Below are positions 19,555 to 29,699 of a stretch of DNA of 64,000 nucleotides, one piece after another (positions within the stretch are counted from its first letter, which is position 1; each line of letters starts with the position of its first letter). This DNA is from Terriglobia bacterium (GTDB lineage Bacteria > Acidobacteriota > Terriglobia > 2-12-FULL-54-10). The DNA lies in NCBI GenBank assembly GCA_963666975.2, contig CAXVYR010000004.1, positions 1,120,001 to 1,184,000 of the forward strand, read 5' to 3'. The notes under the pieces were generated by a model. That model had not been told where the DNA came from. It was given only the letters and a program-made list of their open reading frames with translations, and searched no databases. Both the position numbers and the translations under genes were made by a program.

Positions 19555-19825
19555 CCTTACGCGGGCTTTGCGTATGTCACCAATGCGAGCGCCGTTCCAG
19601 TGAAACACATATAGCGGGAAGGCAACCGTTCCCTCTGGGCGCCGGTGCTCGCGCAATTTCCATTGGCGCTCGATGATCTGGAGGAGTTCACCTTCGAGCG
19701 CCAGCAATTTACTTTGTCCGTTCTTTGAGTTCTCTGGCCGGAGCCGGATCACCTTTTCGAGCAGGTCAACATCGCCCCCTGCGAGGGAAGCAATCTCCCC
19801 CTTGCGCCAGCCTGTGAGGAAGCAT
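19555..19825 (-). pseudogene. Tyrosine recombinase/integrase internal fragment
   Basis: FLTGWRKGEIASL..GDVDL...IRLRPENSKNG...YVFHWNGARIGDIRKA. Box I Arg and catalytic Lys are present; the HxxR/Tyr region is absent. Confidence 0.8.
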
Positions 19826-19845
19826 CAGCGATGCGCTACCCTAAT

Positions 19846-21492
19846 CCCGCATTTCCAGTTTGAAATCGTAGAAGCAACCTTCTGCTAACCTCCAACGTCA
19901 ATATTGATGCTGGTTCGAGCAGCAACATTCCCTTCCGGAGGTTCACACCGAATGGGTGAGAGACAAAATCAGCCATTTCAACTCACTTTTAATGCCTGCG
20001 TTGAAGGTCGCTTTCCACGGATCGAGGGTCACCTCCAACGGAGGGTTGATTCTGGTGCGGGAGTTGGACGAACGACCGGGATTCGGTGAACTCATCAAGC
20101 AGCACCTAGCCGATCCTCGGGGGAAGAACACACGGTTGCCCCTCGCGGACCTGCTACGGCAGTCCGTGTACAGTCGCCTGGCTGGATACGAGGATGTGAA
20201 CGATGCCGAGAAACTCTCCCAAGGTCCGACCTTCCGGCTGATCGGTTCCGAGAAGAATTGGGATCGAGGGGCAGCACTGCCATCCCGGTTGCAAACCTTC
20301 GAGACGGAACTCCTGGCTGAGGAGGGGACCTTCGCGGGGCTGGCACGGGTAAACCGGGAGCTGATCGGCAAGGCAGAAGGGATCGATTCGCCGCACCGAA
20401 CAGTGTTGGACATGGATTCGACCGAGATTCCGGTCTACGGCGAACAGGAGGATAGCGCCTACCACGGGCATTTTGAGTCCACCTGTTATCACCCGCTGCT
20501 GTTGTTCAATGGAGGCGGCGATTGTCTGGCGGGCAAGCTCCGTCCTGGCAACGTTCACAGTGCTGAGGGATGGGAAAGTTCCTCTTGCCGGAGATTGAAC
20601 GGCAGCAGCGAATGGGAAAAGAAGTCGCGGTTCGGGCCGACGCGGCCTTTGCCAAGCCAGAGGTCTTCGAGGCCCTGGAAGAGCGGAGCGTGAAGTACGC
20701 CATCCGCATACCCGCGAACGAGAACCTGCAACGGGATATCGCCGAACTGTTGCCGCGTCCGGTGGGAAGACCCAGTGTGAAGACGTTGGTAGAGTACAAG
20801 GGCTTTCTCTATCAAGCAGCGAGTTGGAGCAAAGCGAGACGGGTCGTTGCCAAGGTGGAACATCACCAGGGAGAGCTGTTTCCGCGAGTGGGTTTCATCG
20901 TGACGAATCTGACCCTGCCGAGTCGGGCGGTGGACGGTTCTACAACAAGCGCGGGACGGCTGAGCAATGGATCAAAGAGGGCAAGCAGGCAGTGAAGATG
21001 ACGCGGCTGAGTTGCCATCGGTTTCGATCCAACGAGGTGCGGCTGTGGCTCACCATCATCGCCTATAACCTGGGCAACCTGTGGCGGCGGCTGGTATTGC
21101 CGCAGAGGATCGGGCACTGGTCCTTGACGAGCCTGCAGCAGCGGTTGGTGAAAACGGGAGGACGGCTGGTGAAGCATGCGCGCTATTACTGGCTGCTTTT
21201 GGCAGAGAACCATCTGACTCGGCGGCTGTTTGCCAGTATGCTGGGGCGGATCGATGGGCTGCCGCTTCCGTCGGGCGCTCAAGCGGCACCCAAGAAAACG
21301 ATTCCGATATCCCCCAGGAATGGAGAGTTGTCTGAAAAAGCTGGTTCTGGAAGCCGGAGCCGATGGTTTTCGGGGACCCGAAAAGGCCGGCTGCGAGCCG
21401 CAGGCAGCATCTCGGAGAAAACACTGCGCTGGAAGGGCTGCATTGAAGGAAGACCGTATTCTCACCGCGGAAGGCCAAAAAACTAATTCCGG
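19846..21492 (+). mobile_element. IS1380-family insertion sequence (1647 bp); transposase inactivated by three frameshifts
   Basis: Transposase pieces VTSNGGLILVRELDE, LAGYEDVNDA, LDMDST, YHPL, LRPGNVHSA, VRADAAF, YNKRGTAEQWIKEGK, AYNLGN. Ends CCCGCATTTCC and AATTCCGG; 5-bp CTAAT duplication at 19841-19845 and 21493-21497. Confidence 0.92.
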
Positions 21493-21605
21493 CTAATACC
21501 CCGCGCACAACAACGCCCCCATGCCCAGGCTGACCACCCTGCTCGCCAGGTTTCTGCAATTCATAAAGACACCCTCTCGCCGCCGCATACAATGCCCATT
21601 GCCTC

Positions 21606-23444
21606 TTACCGGAAATCCACCACGAAGTGCGCCGTGTTCGACGTCGAACCCCACTGCGCTTGCGACAGAAACGGTCCCGGATTTTGAACGGTGATGGGAT
21701 GGATTCCGGCGCGCGCAATCAAACCCGCATCGATCGTGGCTCTCAACTCCGAAGCGCTCACCAACTGCGCGGGGACGGGCCTCCGTCCGAAATAGACCAC
21801 AGACTTGCTGGTGAAGTTCACTCCGCGGATGGTGAGGGTCACGTCTGAACTTTCCGCCGTCACCACCAGCGGAGAAAGTGACTCAATCCCCGGACACGGC
21901 TGCCCAAAGGACCAGGTCGGGTCTGTCAACCCGGCAATCGTCCGAGCCCCTTGTGCGGTTGCCTGCTTCAGGGCATGGACCCACTCGAGCGACCGCACCT
22001 CGTCGCCTGCGAATGGATCGGTGAAGGTCCGGTGATAGGTTCTGTCAACTACTTTCCCATCCTGGACCACCCACGCAATCTTTTTTGTGTTCCGGATATC
22101 TTCCAGGGGGTCGGCGTTGACGACGATCAGATCGGCCAGCTTCCCGGCCTCGATGGTTCCCACACGGTCGAGGACGCGGTACCCCTCCGCGGAATTCCGT
22201 GTCGCTGCCACGATGGCCTGGATTGGGGTCAACCCCGCATCGACCAGCAACTCCATCTCGCGATGCATTCCGATGCCGGCCACGGCCCAGCCCACCGCCC
22301 CTGTATCGGTCCCCGCCATCACCTTTCCTCCACCCCGCACAAACTGCCCGATGAAGCGCATCATGTTCTCGAAGCCCTGCTTCATCTGCTCCCGGTCTGC
22401 GAGGTCCCAGGCGTCAAACTCGGTGTAGTTCGACATCCACTTATGGCGAGTCCCGGCGGGGATATAGGCGAGGTCGGGATTTTCCAAAAGTTCATAGTCC
22501 TCCAGCTCCCACTCCTTGCGCTGCCGGAACAGCCCCCGCCCTTCGGCAATCAGGTCCGGCTCCAGATAGGTGTTTCGGTCCACCATCAACTGGATTAATT
22601 CCGCCGCCTTGCGCTCGTCAATGTCTGCGAAAGGTCTTGTGTCGAGCGAGTGCAGCTCGATTCCACCCCAGCCCTCCCATTTGAAAGGATCATTGGCCAT
22701 CGAGATGTTGAGTCCCGCCGCATGCTCCAAAATGTCGGCCCCTGCCAGGACGGCTTCTCTCCCGTATACCGCGGGCCCAATCGGCTGGGCTACCACGGGC
22801 AAGCCTGCTCTGTGAGCTTCGGCGACGGCTGCCTCAAAAGCTGCCTGCGAGAGTCCGCGCCGGATGTTAATCAGATCGGCCCCGGAGGCTGCCGTGCGCC
22901 TGACAACTTCTCTTGCCTTCTCCACTGTAAATGGCTCCACCTCCCGGCCTCTGGACCGGCTATAGACGACACGTCCGGGTTTGACCGGAGCCAGCAAACT
23001 CTCCCCCGCTACAAAGAGCCGGGGACCGGGGATCACTCCTCGCGCAATCGCCTCGCGGCGGACCAACTGCGACGGCCCGCGACCGCCGATATCAAAAACA
23101 GATGTCACGCCGTGCGAGAGCAACAGCTCCGCCATAAAACCCGAGTAGTGAACATGCGCGTCCATCAAACCGGGAAGAATGAACTTTCCATCGGCGCGCA
23201 GGACCCTGGCTCCCGCCGGGTAGGATGCTTGTCCTCGCCGAGTCACGGTCTCGATCCTGTTTCCCCGGATGACAATGAGCGCGTCCGGAACGGGCGCTCC
23301 CCCGTTGCCGTCAATGAGGGTTCCCCCTTCGATCACCAGGGTGACCGGCTGCTCTGCTTGGGCGGCTGCATGAACGGAGAATAGGATGCTCCAGCAAAGA
23401 AGCAAGAGGCAATAGACGAGCGAACAATAAGTAGACCTTCTCAT
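21606..23444 (-). CDS. Secreted Amidohydro_1-type amidohydrolase with C-terminal IPT/TIG-like domain
   Basis: Signal peptide; GGTLIDGNG, PGLMDAHVH, LEH, AGTDT, GTIEAGKLADL; tail IESLSP...LTIRGVNF...SASELRATI...ITVQNP. Confidence 0.88.
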   Translation of the reverse strand: MRRSTYCSLVYCLLLLCWSILFSVHAAAQAEQPVTLVIEGGTLIDGNGGAPVPDALIVIRGNRIETVTRRGQASYPAGARVLRADGKFILPGLMDAHVHYSGFMAELLLSHGVTSVFDIGGRGPSQLVRREAIARGVIPGPRLFVAGESLLAPVKPGRVVYSRSRGREVEPFTVEKAREVVRRTAASGADLINIRRGLSQAAFEAAVAEAHRAGLPVVAQPIGPAVYGREAVLAGADILEHAAGLNISMANDPFKWEGWGGIELHSLDTRPFADIDERKAAELIQLMVDRNTYLEPDLIAEGRGLFRQRKEWELEDYELLENPDLAYIPAGTRHKWMSNYTEFDAWDLADREQMKQGFENMMRFIGQFVRGGGKVMAGTDTGAVGWAVAGIGMHREMELLVDAGLTPIQAIVAATRNSAEGYRVLDRVGTIEAGKLADLIVVNADPLEDIRNTKKIAWVVQDGKVVDRTYHRTFTDPFAGDEVRSLEWVHALKQATAQGARTIAGLTDPTWSFGQPCPGIESLSPLVVTAESSDVTLTIRGVNFTSKSVVYFGRRPVPAQLVSASELRATIDAGLIARAGIHPITVQNPGPFLSQAQWGSTSNTAHFVVDFR

Positions 23445-23527
23445 GATGTCCCTCCATGGGTGGAAAAATCACTTAAGGATAGACGGTTTTTAGTTCTTGA
23501 AACGGCTTGCCGGGCGTTCATTTCCGA

Positions 23528-25312
23528 CTAAGGAACGAGAAAAAAATTCTGGACCTCAGAATCTCCCCCTTCCGGCGACGGGTTTCGCACGACCACCCGG
23601 TAGGTGCCGGTCCGGCTGAGCAGCCGGGCGGGCACTATGGCCGTGAGCCGCGAATAAACCGGCTGGAAGACCGTTTCCGGCACAAGGGTGTTTTCGTCCG
23701 GAGTGGCCGGAAGGGCCACGCCATCGAATTCCACCACGGACCCATCCATGAAATTGCGTCCTTCGAGTGTCAGGGTCACCTCTTGGTTCAGCCCCTTGGC
23801 GGTGATCGGGACCAGAGCCCTGAGAAATGGCTTGGGATGAGGAAAACGGACCGACCGCGGAGGGCGCGGATCGGGATTGGTGAAGTCCGCGTGATAGCTG
23901 GTGTCGATCACCTCTCCGTCTTGAATCACACGGTCGATCGTCTTGCTGTTGCGGATGTCAGCCAGGGGGTCCTCTCTTAGGATAATCAAGTCGGCCAGCT
24001 TGCCGGGCTCGACCGTGCCCAGCTCGCTCTCCTGCAAAAACTCGGCATTATTTTGAGTAGCTGCCTGAATCGCCTGCATCGGAGTCAGCCCGGCGTCCAC
24101 TAATAGCTCCAGTTCCCGGTGGAGACTGATGCCGGGCAAGATGAAGGATGTGGTATCACTCCCCGCCAGCACGGTTCCTCCCGCCTGGACAAACTCCCGG
24201 ATAAAACTTTGCAGGTTTTCATATCCCCGAAGGAGTTGCTCGTGCTGCTCGCTGTTCAGCCGTTCCAGGGGTTTTGAGTAAAATGCCTTTTCCCGGTTGT
24301 CGGCGGGGACATACTGCAGGTTGGGGTCCTCCAACAAGCGTTGATCCTCAGTAATCCAGACCTCCCGGCGCGGGCTGCCCCAGCGGGCTATATTCACCAA
24401 GTCCGGCTCCAAACGAACGTTTTTCTCCACCAGCAAGGCGACCAATTCATCCATCCGAGTAGGCTCCATGAAGGCGTGGTACAGCAAGTACAGCGGATAA
24501 TCCACCGCGATTCCCAGCCGAGCAAAGGCTCGCAACTCCGCAGCCCTGGCAGGGTCGGAGATGGTTGCCAGCGCAATGCCGCTCGCATGCGCCAGCGCAT
24601 CCACCCCCAGCTCGGCTGCCTGCCGGGCGTCGATACTCCCCAGATGGGCTATGACGCTGCGCCCGGCCTTGTGGGATTCCTCCACCATGGCCTGCAGTTG
24701 ATCAGCGGTCAGTTCCGTGTAAGCCTTCGTCAGAGCAAATGGGCTCCTGCCCGTGCCGGCCTGTTGCACCAGCCGCCGTGCCGTCGGGACGGAGTCCACC
24801 GGCTGGTTTGGGGGAGTATCCCAGAGCAGCCGCCCACCCGTCGTGGCGGTCGCGTTAAACATTCGAGGCCCGCGGATCCGCCCGCTGGCAATCAGTTCTT
24901 TTTGCTCCAGTTGCCAGTCCCCGGAACTCAAATCTACGACCGAGGTAACCCCGTGGGCCAGGAATAATTCGGGCGCCCAATCATACCAATGGACGTGCAT
25001 ATCGATCAGGCCCGGCAGGATGAATTTCCCCTCTGCCGAAATGACCTGTGCGCCGGGTGGATAGGAGACGGTTCCCTTTTGACCCACCGCGGTAATCCTA
25101 TTCCCCTCGATCACGACGACGGCATCCTGCAGGGGGGGTGCTCCTGTGCCGTCAATGAGCGTCCCTCCCTCGACGACCAAGGCAGGGCTCTGCGCCGGGC
25201 TGCAGTTTCCGAACAGCACCAGCACAAGGGCCAGCGATAAAACCCAAAGCTCCATATGGCTGACTACTGTATGCCGTGTATCCTGTGTGTGCCGTACATC
25301 CGGGTTTCGCAT
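23528..25312 (-). CDS. Secreted Amidohydro_1-type amidohydrolase with C-terminal IPT/TIG-like domain
   Basis: AGGAG RBS before ATG 25312; PGLIDMHVH, TKAY, VIAH, LAH, AGSDT, GTVEPGKLADL; tail LTLEGRNF...VVVRNPSPEGG. Confidence 0.88.
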   Translation of the reverse strand: MRNPDVRHTQDTRHTVVSHMELWVLSLALVLVLFGNCSPAQSPALVVEGGTLIDGTGAPPLQDAVVVIEGNRITAVGQKGTVSYPPGAQVISAEGKFILPGLIDMHVHWYDWAPELFLAHGVTSVVDLSSGDWQLEQKELIASGRIRGPRMFNATATTGGRLLWDTPPNQPVDSVPTARRLVQQAGTGRSPFALTKAYTELTADQLQAMVEESHKAGRSVIAHLGSIDARQAAELGVDALAHASGIALATISDPARAAELRAFARLGIAVDYPLYLLYHAFMEPTRMDELVALLVEKNVRLEPDLVNIARWGSPRREVWITEDQRLLEDPNLQYVPADNREKAFYSKPLERLNSEQHEQLLRGYENLQSFIREFVQAGGTVLAGSDTTSFILPGISLHRELELLVDAGLTPMQAIQAATQNNAEFLQESELGTVEPGKLADLIILREDPLADIRNSKTIDRVIQDGEVIDTSYHADFTNPDPRPPRSVRFPHPKPFLRALVPITAKGLNQEVTLTLEGRNFMDGSVVEFDGVALPATPDENTLVPETVFQPVYSRLTAIVPARLLSRTGTYRVVVRNPSPEGGDSEVQNFFLVP

Positions 25313-25415
25313 GGTTCCGCCTTCTCCTGTTTGCCGAAAGTTTAAAAGGTCCAATAGAAATTTCCAATTCCAGTTTTCGTTTGGAACGGGATTTAGCGTC
25401 AGCACCCCCGCCGGT

Positions 25416-25749
25416 TCAAAACCGCTCGTTGATCCACATCGTCACGTAATCGAAAAAGTTCCTCGCGCTGTTGGAATATTGCCCGGGGAAAGGTTTCACA
25501 CGCGGTACACGGACTGATCCCGTGCGTGGCGCCCTCTGATGATGACGAAGTCTTTATCGTCGCTCGCCGCCACCTCATAGTGGATATCGTTGTCTCGAAT
25601 GAAGTAGTGCGCCCCCATTGCGGCGATGAGAACGGGGACCACGGTGAGAATGGCGCGTACACCGGGTTGCTCTGGGCGAGCGACGGTAACACGGATGCGG
25701 CCAAGACCAGGCTAAAGATCAGGCCGAAGATCAAGATTCGGCTATTCAT
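25416..25749 (-). pseudogene. Internally deleted secreted alpha/beta-hydrolase-like gene
   Basis: Signal peptide MNSRILIFG...AQSNPVY joins to C-terminal pieces VPVLIAAMGAHYF...KDFVII/EGATHG...CETFP/GQYSNSARNFFDYVTMWINERF* across frameshifts. Confidence 0.6.
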
Positions 25750-26366
25750 CTCAAACCTCCGAGACCATTCGCTTCGGTGGCCAATTATACCTGATTGAGA
25801 TGCCAATGTGGTTTCCCGGCATCAAGCCCCGCCCAGGAATACACTCTGCGGCCCCGGTGTCTATAGGGATGAAGGAACGGCGAGGGCTGAAACGTTCACT
25901 CAGTCGCGAGAGGCTGTAAATGAAGAGGACCTGGATCCGGTGAGCCGATCATTTCCTCAAAGTGCAGGAATCAAGCCTCATGTTTTGGCTGGGCATGAAC
26001 CGTGCCCTGAGGTGGAAGCTGCCCCAATACCGGCATCCACTCTATCCCTTATTTATTATCTATTATCTATCCCTCCTCCTATCTATCCCTCCTCCCAATA
26101 TTTCCTCCCACACAGCCTCATCCAGTCAAGCATCCGGTGAAGCGTTATATATATTCATTTTATTGATATAAAATGAGTTATACACCGAGAACAAGTCTAA
26201 GCCTTTCAAACCTTTACATTGGCGTGCGAATGCGAATGATCTATTTATAAATGCAAACAGGGTGTAGAATAATGTCATAATTACAATAAATACCAATAAA
26301 ATACAAATTCATAGATAATTTTATGCACTATATGCAAAATTATTATAGCAATTTTCAATTTTACCC

Positions 26367-26395
26367 TTGACACGCCCCGCTTTCCCCTCTAATCT
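26367..26395 (+). promoter_or_regulatory. Sigma70-type promoter upstream of amtB
   Basis: TTGACA-17 bp-TAATCT preceded by a ~200-bp very AT-rich tract. Confidence 0.6.
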
Positions 26396-26651
26396 ACACC
26401 CCGTTATCGGTTGTGGCGAGCCGACCCACTGAGATGATAGGTCACCTGCTTAACTGAATAGACTTAAATGCGCAGGGGGTACGGATGGAAACGATTTATG
26501 CAGGCAACAAAATAGGCGGGCGGTTGCTTCGGTGCCTGGGCTTTTGCGTTCGGAGCGGTTGTGGCACGGAGTCCCGACCGGTTCCGGGCCACAAACGTCG
26601 AGTGTCAATTGATTAACCTCGTAAGCGAGAGTGAGAGCGAGAAGGAGGAGC

Positions 26652-27977
26652 ATGCTCATTACATGTTGGACTCGTAGATTGATAATGCTGGCAGGTGTGG
26701 TCGTATGTATGAGTTCCTATGCCCACGCCCAGGCCACCGGCGATGACGCCGTGTTCGTGGCGAACAACATCTGGATGATGGTGGCGACTTTTCTGGTGTT
26801 CATCATGCATCTGGGCTTTGCCACGCTGGAGTCGGGTTTGGTCCAGGCCAAACACACGGTCAATATCCTGTTCAAGAACACAATGATCGTGGCCATCGGC
26901 CTGCTGACTTATGCCATGTGGGGCTTCAACCTGATGTATCCCGGAGAATTCTTTAGCGGGAACTGGCTGGGATTTGCGGGTTTTGGTATCAGCTCGCCCG
27001 AGGGCGCGGCCGGCTTGATTGCCTATGCCGACGGCGGATACACCTACTGGACCGATTTTCTGTTCCAGGCGATGTTCGCGGCCACCGGCGCCACCATTGT
27101 TTCCGGAGCTGTCGCAGGGCGCATCAAGCTCCGCAGTTTTCTTGTGTTCACGTTCTTTTTCGTGGGCTTTGTCTATCCCTGGGTCGGCAGCTGGAAGTGG
27201 GGCGGCGGCTGGCTGGATCAGATGGGCTTCTACGATTTTGCCGGATCGACGCTGGTCCACTCGGTTGGCGGCTGGGGCGCCCTTGCCGGCGCGTTGCTGT
27301 TAGGCCCCCGGCTCGGGAAGTACGTGGGGAACCAGGTGCGTGCGATACCTGGCTCGAACATGCCGCTGGCGACGATCGGGGTCTTCCTCCTGTGGCTGGG
27401 CTGGTTTGGATTCAACGGCGGTTCGGTGCTGTCGGCGGATCCCGAACTCGTGTCGAGGACATTGGTGACGACCTGTCTGGCGGCGGCAGCAGGCATCGTG
27501 GCGGCCTACATCGCGTCCAGCCTGTTGCAGAAGAAGCCTGACCTTTCGATGGTGTTAAACGGCTGCCTGGCCGGTCTGGTCGGCATCACGGCCGGCGCCG
27601 ATACCGTGTCCGTGATGCACGCGGTAATCATTGGTCTGGTTGCGGGCGCCCTCGTCGTGCTGGCGGTGATCACCATCGACTCGAAATTGAAGATCGATGA
27701 CCCCGTCGGTGCGATTTCCGTGCACTTGGTATGCGGCATCTGGGGGACTCTGGCCGTCGGGCTCTTCAGCACGGACCCGGACCACACCTTCCTGAAACAG
27801 CTCACCGGCGTGGCAGCCTATGGCGTTGCCACTTTTTCTATAGCCCTGTTGATCTTCTTCCTTTTGAAAACCACGATGGGAATCCGTGTTTCGGAAGAGG
27901 AAGAGCAGGAGGGATTGGATATCGGGGAACACGGCATGGAGGCCTACGCTGGTTTCCAAAGGGCGGCGTGGGAGTAG
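26652..27977 (+). CDS. amtB: Ammonium transporter (Amt family)
   Basis: AGGAGG RBS; LVFIMHLGFATLESG, FLFQAMFAAT, DFAGSTLVHSVGG, WLGWFGFNGGS, NGCLAGLVGITA, DDPVGAISVH (twin His), EEEQEGLD..EHG. Confidence 0.96.
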   Translation: MLITCWTRRLIMLAGVVVCMSSYAHAQATGDDAVFVANNIWMMVATFLVFIMHLGFATLESGLVQAKHTVNILFKNTMIVAIGLLTYAMWGFNLMYPGEFFSGNWLGFAGFGISSPEGAAGLIAYADGGYTYWTDFLFQAMFAATGATIVSGAVAGRIKLRSFLVFTFFFVGFVYPWVGSWKWGGGWLDQMGFYDFAGSTLVHSVGGWGALAGALLLGPRLGKYVGNQVRAIPGSNMPLATIGVFLLWLGWFGFNGGSVLSADPELVSRTLVTTCLAAAAGIVAAYIASSLLQKKPDLSMVLNGCLAGLVGITAGADTVSVMHAVIIGLVAGALVVLAVITIDSKLKIDDPVGAISVHLVCGIWGTLAVGLFSTDPDHTFLKQLTGVAAYGVATFSIALLIFFLLKTTMGIRVSEEEEQEGLDIGEHGMEAYAGFQRAAWE

Positions 27978-27979
27978 CG

Positions 27980-28047
27980 GATTTTACGGCTCCGGCGTGG
28001 CGCATGCTGTGGGAGGTTTTGTGGCTCTGGCCGGAGCCATGCTGCTG
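27980..28047 (+). pseudogene. Small fragment of a second Amt gene
   Basis: Translates (DF)/GSGVAHAVGGFVALAGAMLL, the Amt DFAGSxxVHxxGG signature; not a copy of the adjacent amtB sequence. Confidence 0.6.
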
Positions 28048-28317
28048 AGACGACGAACTGCCAATGGGATTGTGCTCTTGCCGGCCGTTGCTGCAATGAT
28101 CGGGCCACGTATGTTCACGGCGCATCGGCGAAGCAGGTCGTACGGCATGCCGCCGCGCCTGGCGGGCGGGATATGGGAGCATCCCGGGAAGTGGGAGTCT
28201 GAGGATTGAGCGGAGATTTCGAGAAGAACGAACCGGTCACCCTCGGCGGATCAGGAGTCTCATCTTTTGCCGGATGAACCGTCAACGAACACTTGATTTG
28301 ATAAGGAGAAAAGTCTA

Positions 28318-29187
28318 ATGAAATCAAGGATTCCTGTTCTGATTGCAGGTTTGATTGTAGTGTGGGGTGGATTTGCGGGTACTGCCAGAGCCCAGTATTC
28401 GGCGGGTGTGGATACCGCATTTGTCAGCAAATATATCTGGCGCGGACAGCGACTGACAAACGACTGGAGTTTTCAACCCTCGCTAACGGTCGGCAAAGGA
28501 GGTTTCGCCTTCAATGCATGGGGCACCATGGACCTCACTGCGGTGAACCCGGCCGACGGGATCACGATTCCCGAGGATCCGGCTGTGACTCCCGGAGACA
28601 ACGACAATGGATTGAGAGGCCAATTCAGTGAGGTGGACTATACGTTCTCCTACGATCACTCTTTTGAAAGCGTCTCCCTCGGAGGTGGTGTCATCTTCTA
28701 TACTTTCCCCCAGCGTTCTTCGACGCTGGCGACGACTGAGGAGATCTACGGGTCAATCAGTTTCGACTCGGTTCCCCTGGCGCCAAGCGCCACGCTCTAC
28801 ATAGATGTCGACGAGACCAGCGCCGGAGACGGCGACATGGGCGTCTATTTCCTGCTAGGGGCGGGGCACAGCATCGCAACCGGCAACGACGTATTCACTT
28901 CCTTGGACCTGTCGGCCTCAATCGCCTTCGCGAACAGTGGTTTTGGGAATTTTTACTACGGATTGGACCATAGCGGCCCGCATGACTTCAGCTTTTCGAT
29001 CTCGGCTCCCATCGCAATCAACGACAACTGGTCGTTTGGCGCCTTCATCACCTATAGCGCGCTGCTTGGGGACTACCGCGACGGCGCGTACTCCGATCCC
29101 CGGACCGATTTTCTGGGGACCTCGGGAACTCCCAGAAGTTTCGCCGACACGGTGTGGGGTGGCATTACCATGAGCCTGACGTTCTGA
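28318..29187 (+). CDS. TorF/TIGR02001-like outer-membrane beta-barrel (putative porin)
   Basis: Signal peptide; FVSKYIWRG, FQPSL, EVDYTFSY, EIYGSI; C-terminal ITMSLTF (BAM-type signal); next to amtB. Confidence 0.75.
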   Translation: MKSRIPVLIAGLIVVWGGFAGTARAQYSAGVDTAFVSKYIWRGQRLTNDWSFQPSLTVGKGGFAFNAWGTMDLTAVNPADGITIPEDPAVTPGDNDNGLRGQFSEVDYTFSYDHSFESVSLGGGVIFYTFPQRSSTLATTEEIYGSISFDSVPLAPSATLYIDVDETSAGDGDMGVYFLLGAGHSIATGNDVFTSLDLSASIAFANSGFGNFYYGLDHSGPHDFSFSISAPIAINDNWSFGAFITYSALLGDYRDGAYSDPRTDFLGTSGTPRSFADTVWGGITMSLTF

Positions 29188-29429
29188 GAGGAAGGAAGCG
29201 GGCTCAACGGCGTTTTCAGTCCGCCGGCTGGAGAGCTCTGGCACCGCTTCCCCGGTCGTTGTGGCGTTCCGGTTCTTGAATCCGCGTTATGAGTTGAATC
29301 TCTGCCAGGCGGCTGGCTGAGCAGGCCCACGGGCAGTAGCAAGAATGAGGAAAAGAGCAGGACGATGATGAAAAGACGGGTCCTGGCAATGATCTGCCTG
29401 AGTTTGCGTTCCGCGGCGATAGGAAGATG

Positions 29430-29484
29430 AGGACGTGAGATTCTCAATCTCAAAACCCGGGTTCGATTCCCGGTAGCGCTACCA
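29430..29484 (+). pseudogene. 3' fragment of tRNA-Glu (CTC); likely att-site scar
   Basis: AGGACG-TGAGA-TTCTCAA-TCTCA-AAAC-CCGGG-TTCGATT-CCCGG-TAGCGCT-ACCA. Anticodon arm, T arm and acceptor 3' strand are intact; the 5' strand of the D arm is missing. Confidence 0.8.
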
Positions 29485-29699
29485 ATTACCCACCGCTACT
29501 AAGCACTACAGAAATGACTTAGCGAATTGACCCTTTTTGCCGGTATTACTCTGCGGCGATGCAGGGCCAAGTTAGCTGTTGGGCTGTGGCCACGTGTATC
29601 ATGCCTACTGCGTCGACTTGATGCGCAAAGTTGTCCTGAGAGAGCTTCATCGTTATGGAATCGCCGGACCCGTTACGCAACGTCCCGTCGCAGCCTCAG

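Noticed and set aside
26219-26285. Possible sigma54 promoter (TTGGCGTGCGAATGC) and TnrA/GlnR-like box upstream of amtB
   Set aside because: GG-GC spacing is 9 rather than 10, and TGTCA/TTACA spacing is 3 rather than 7.
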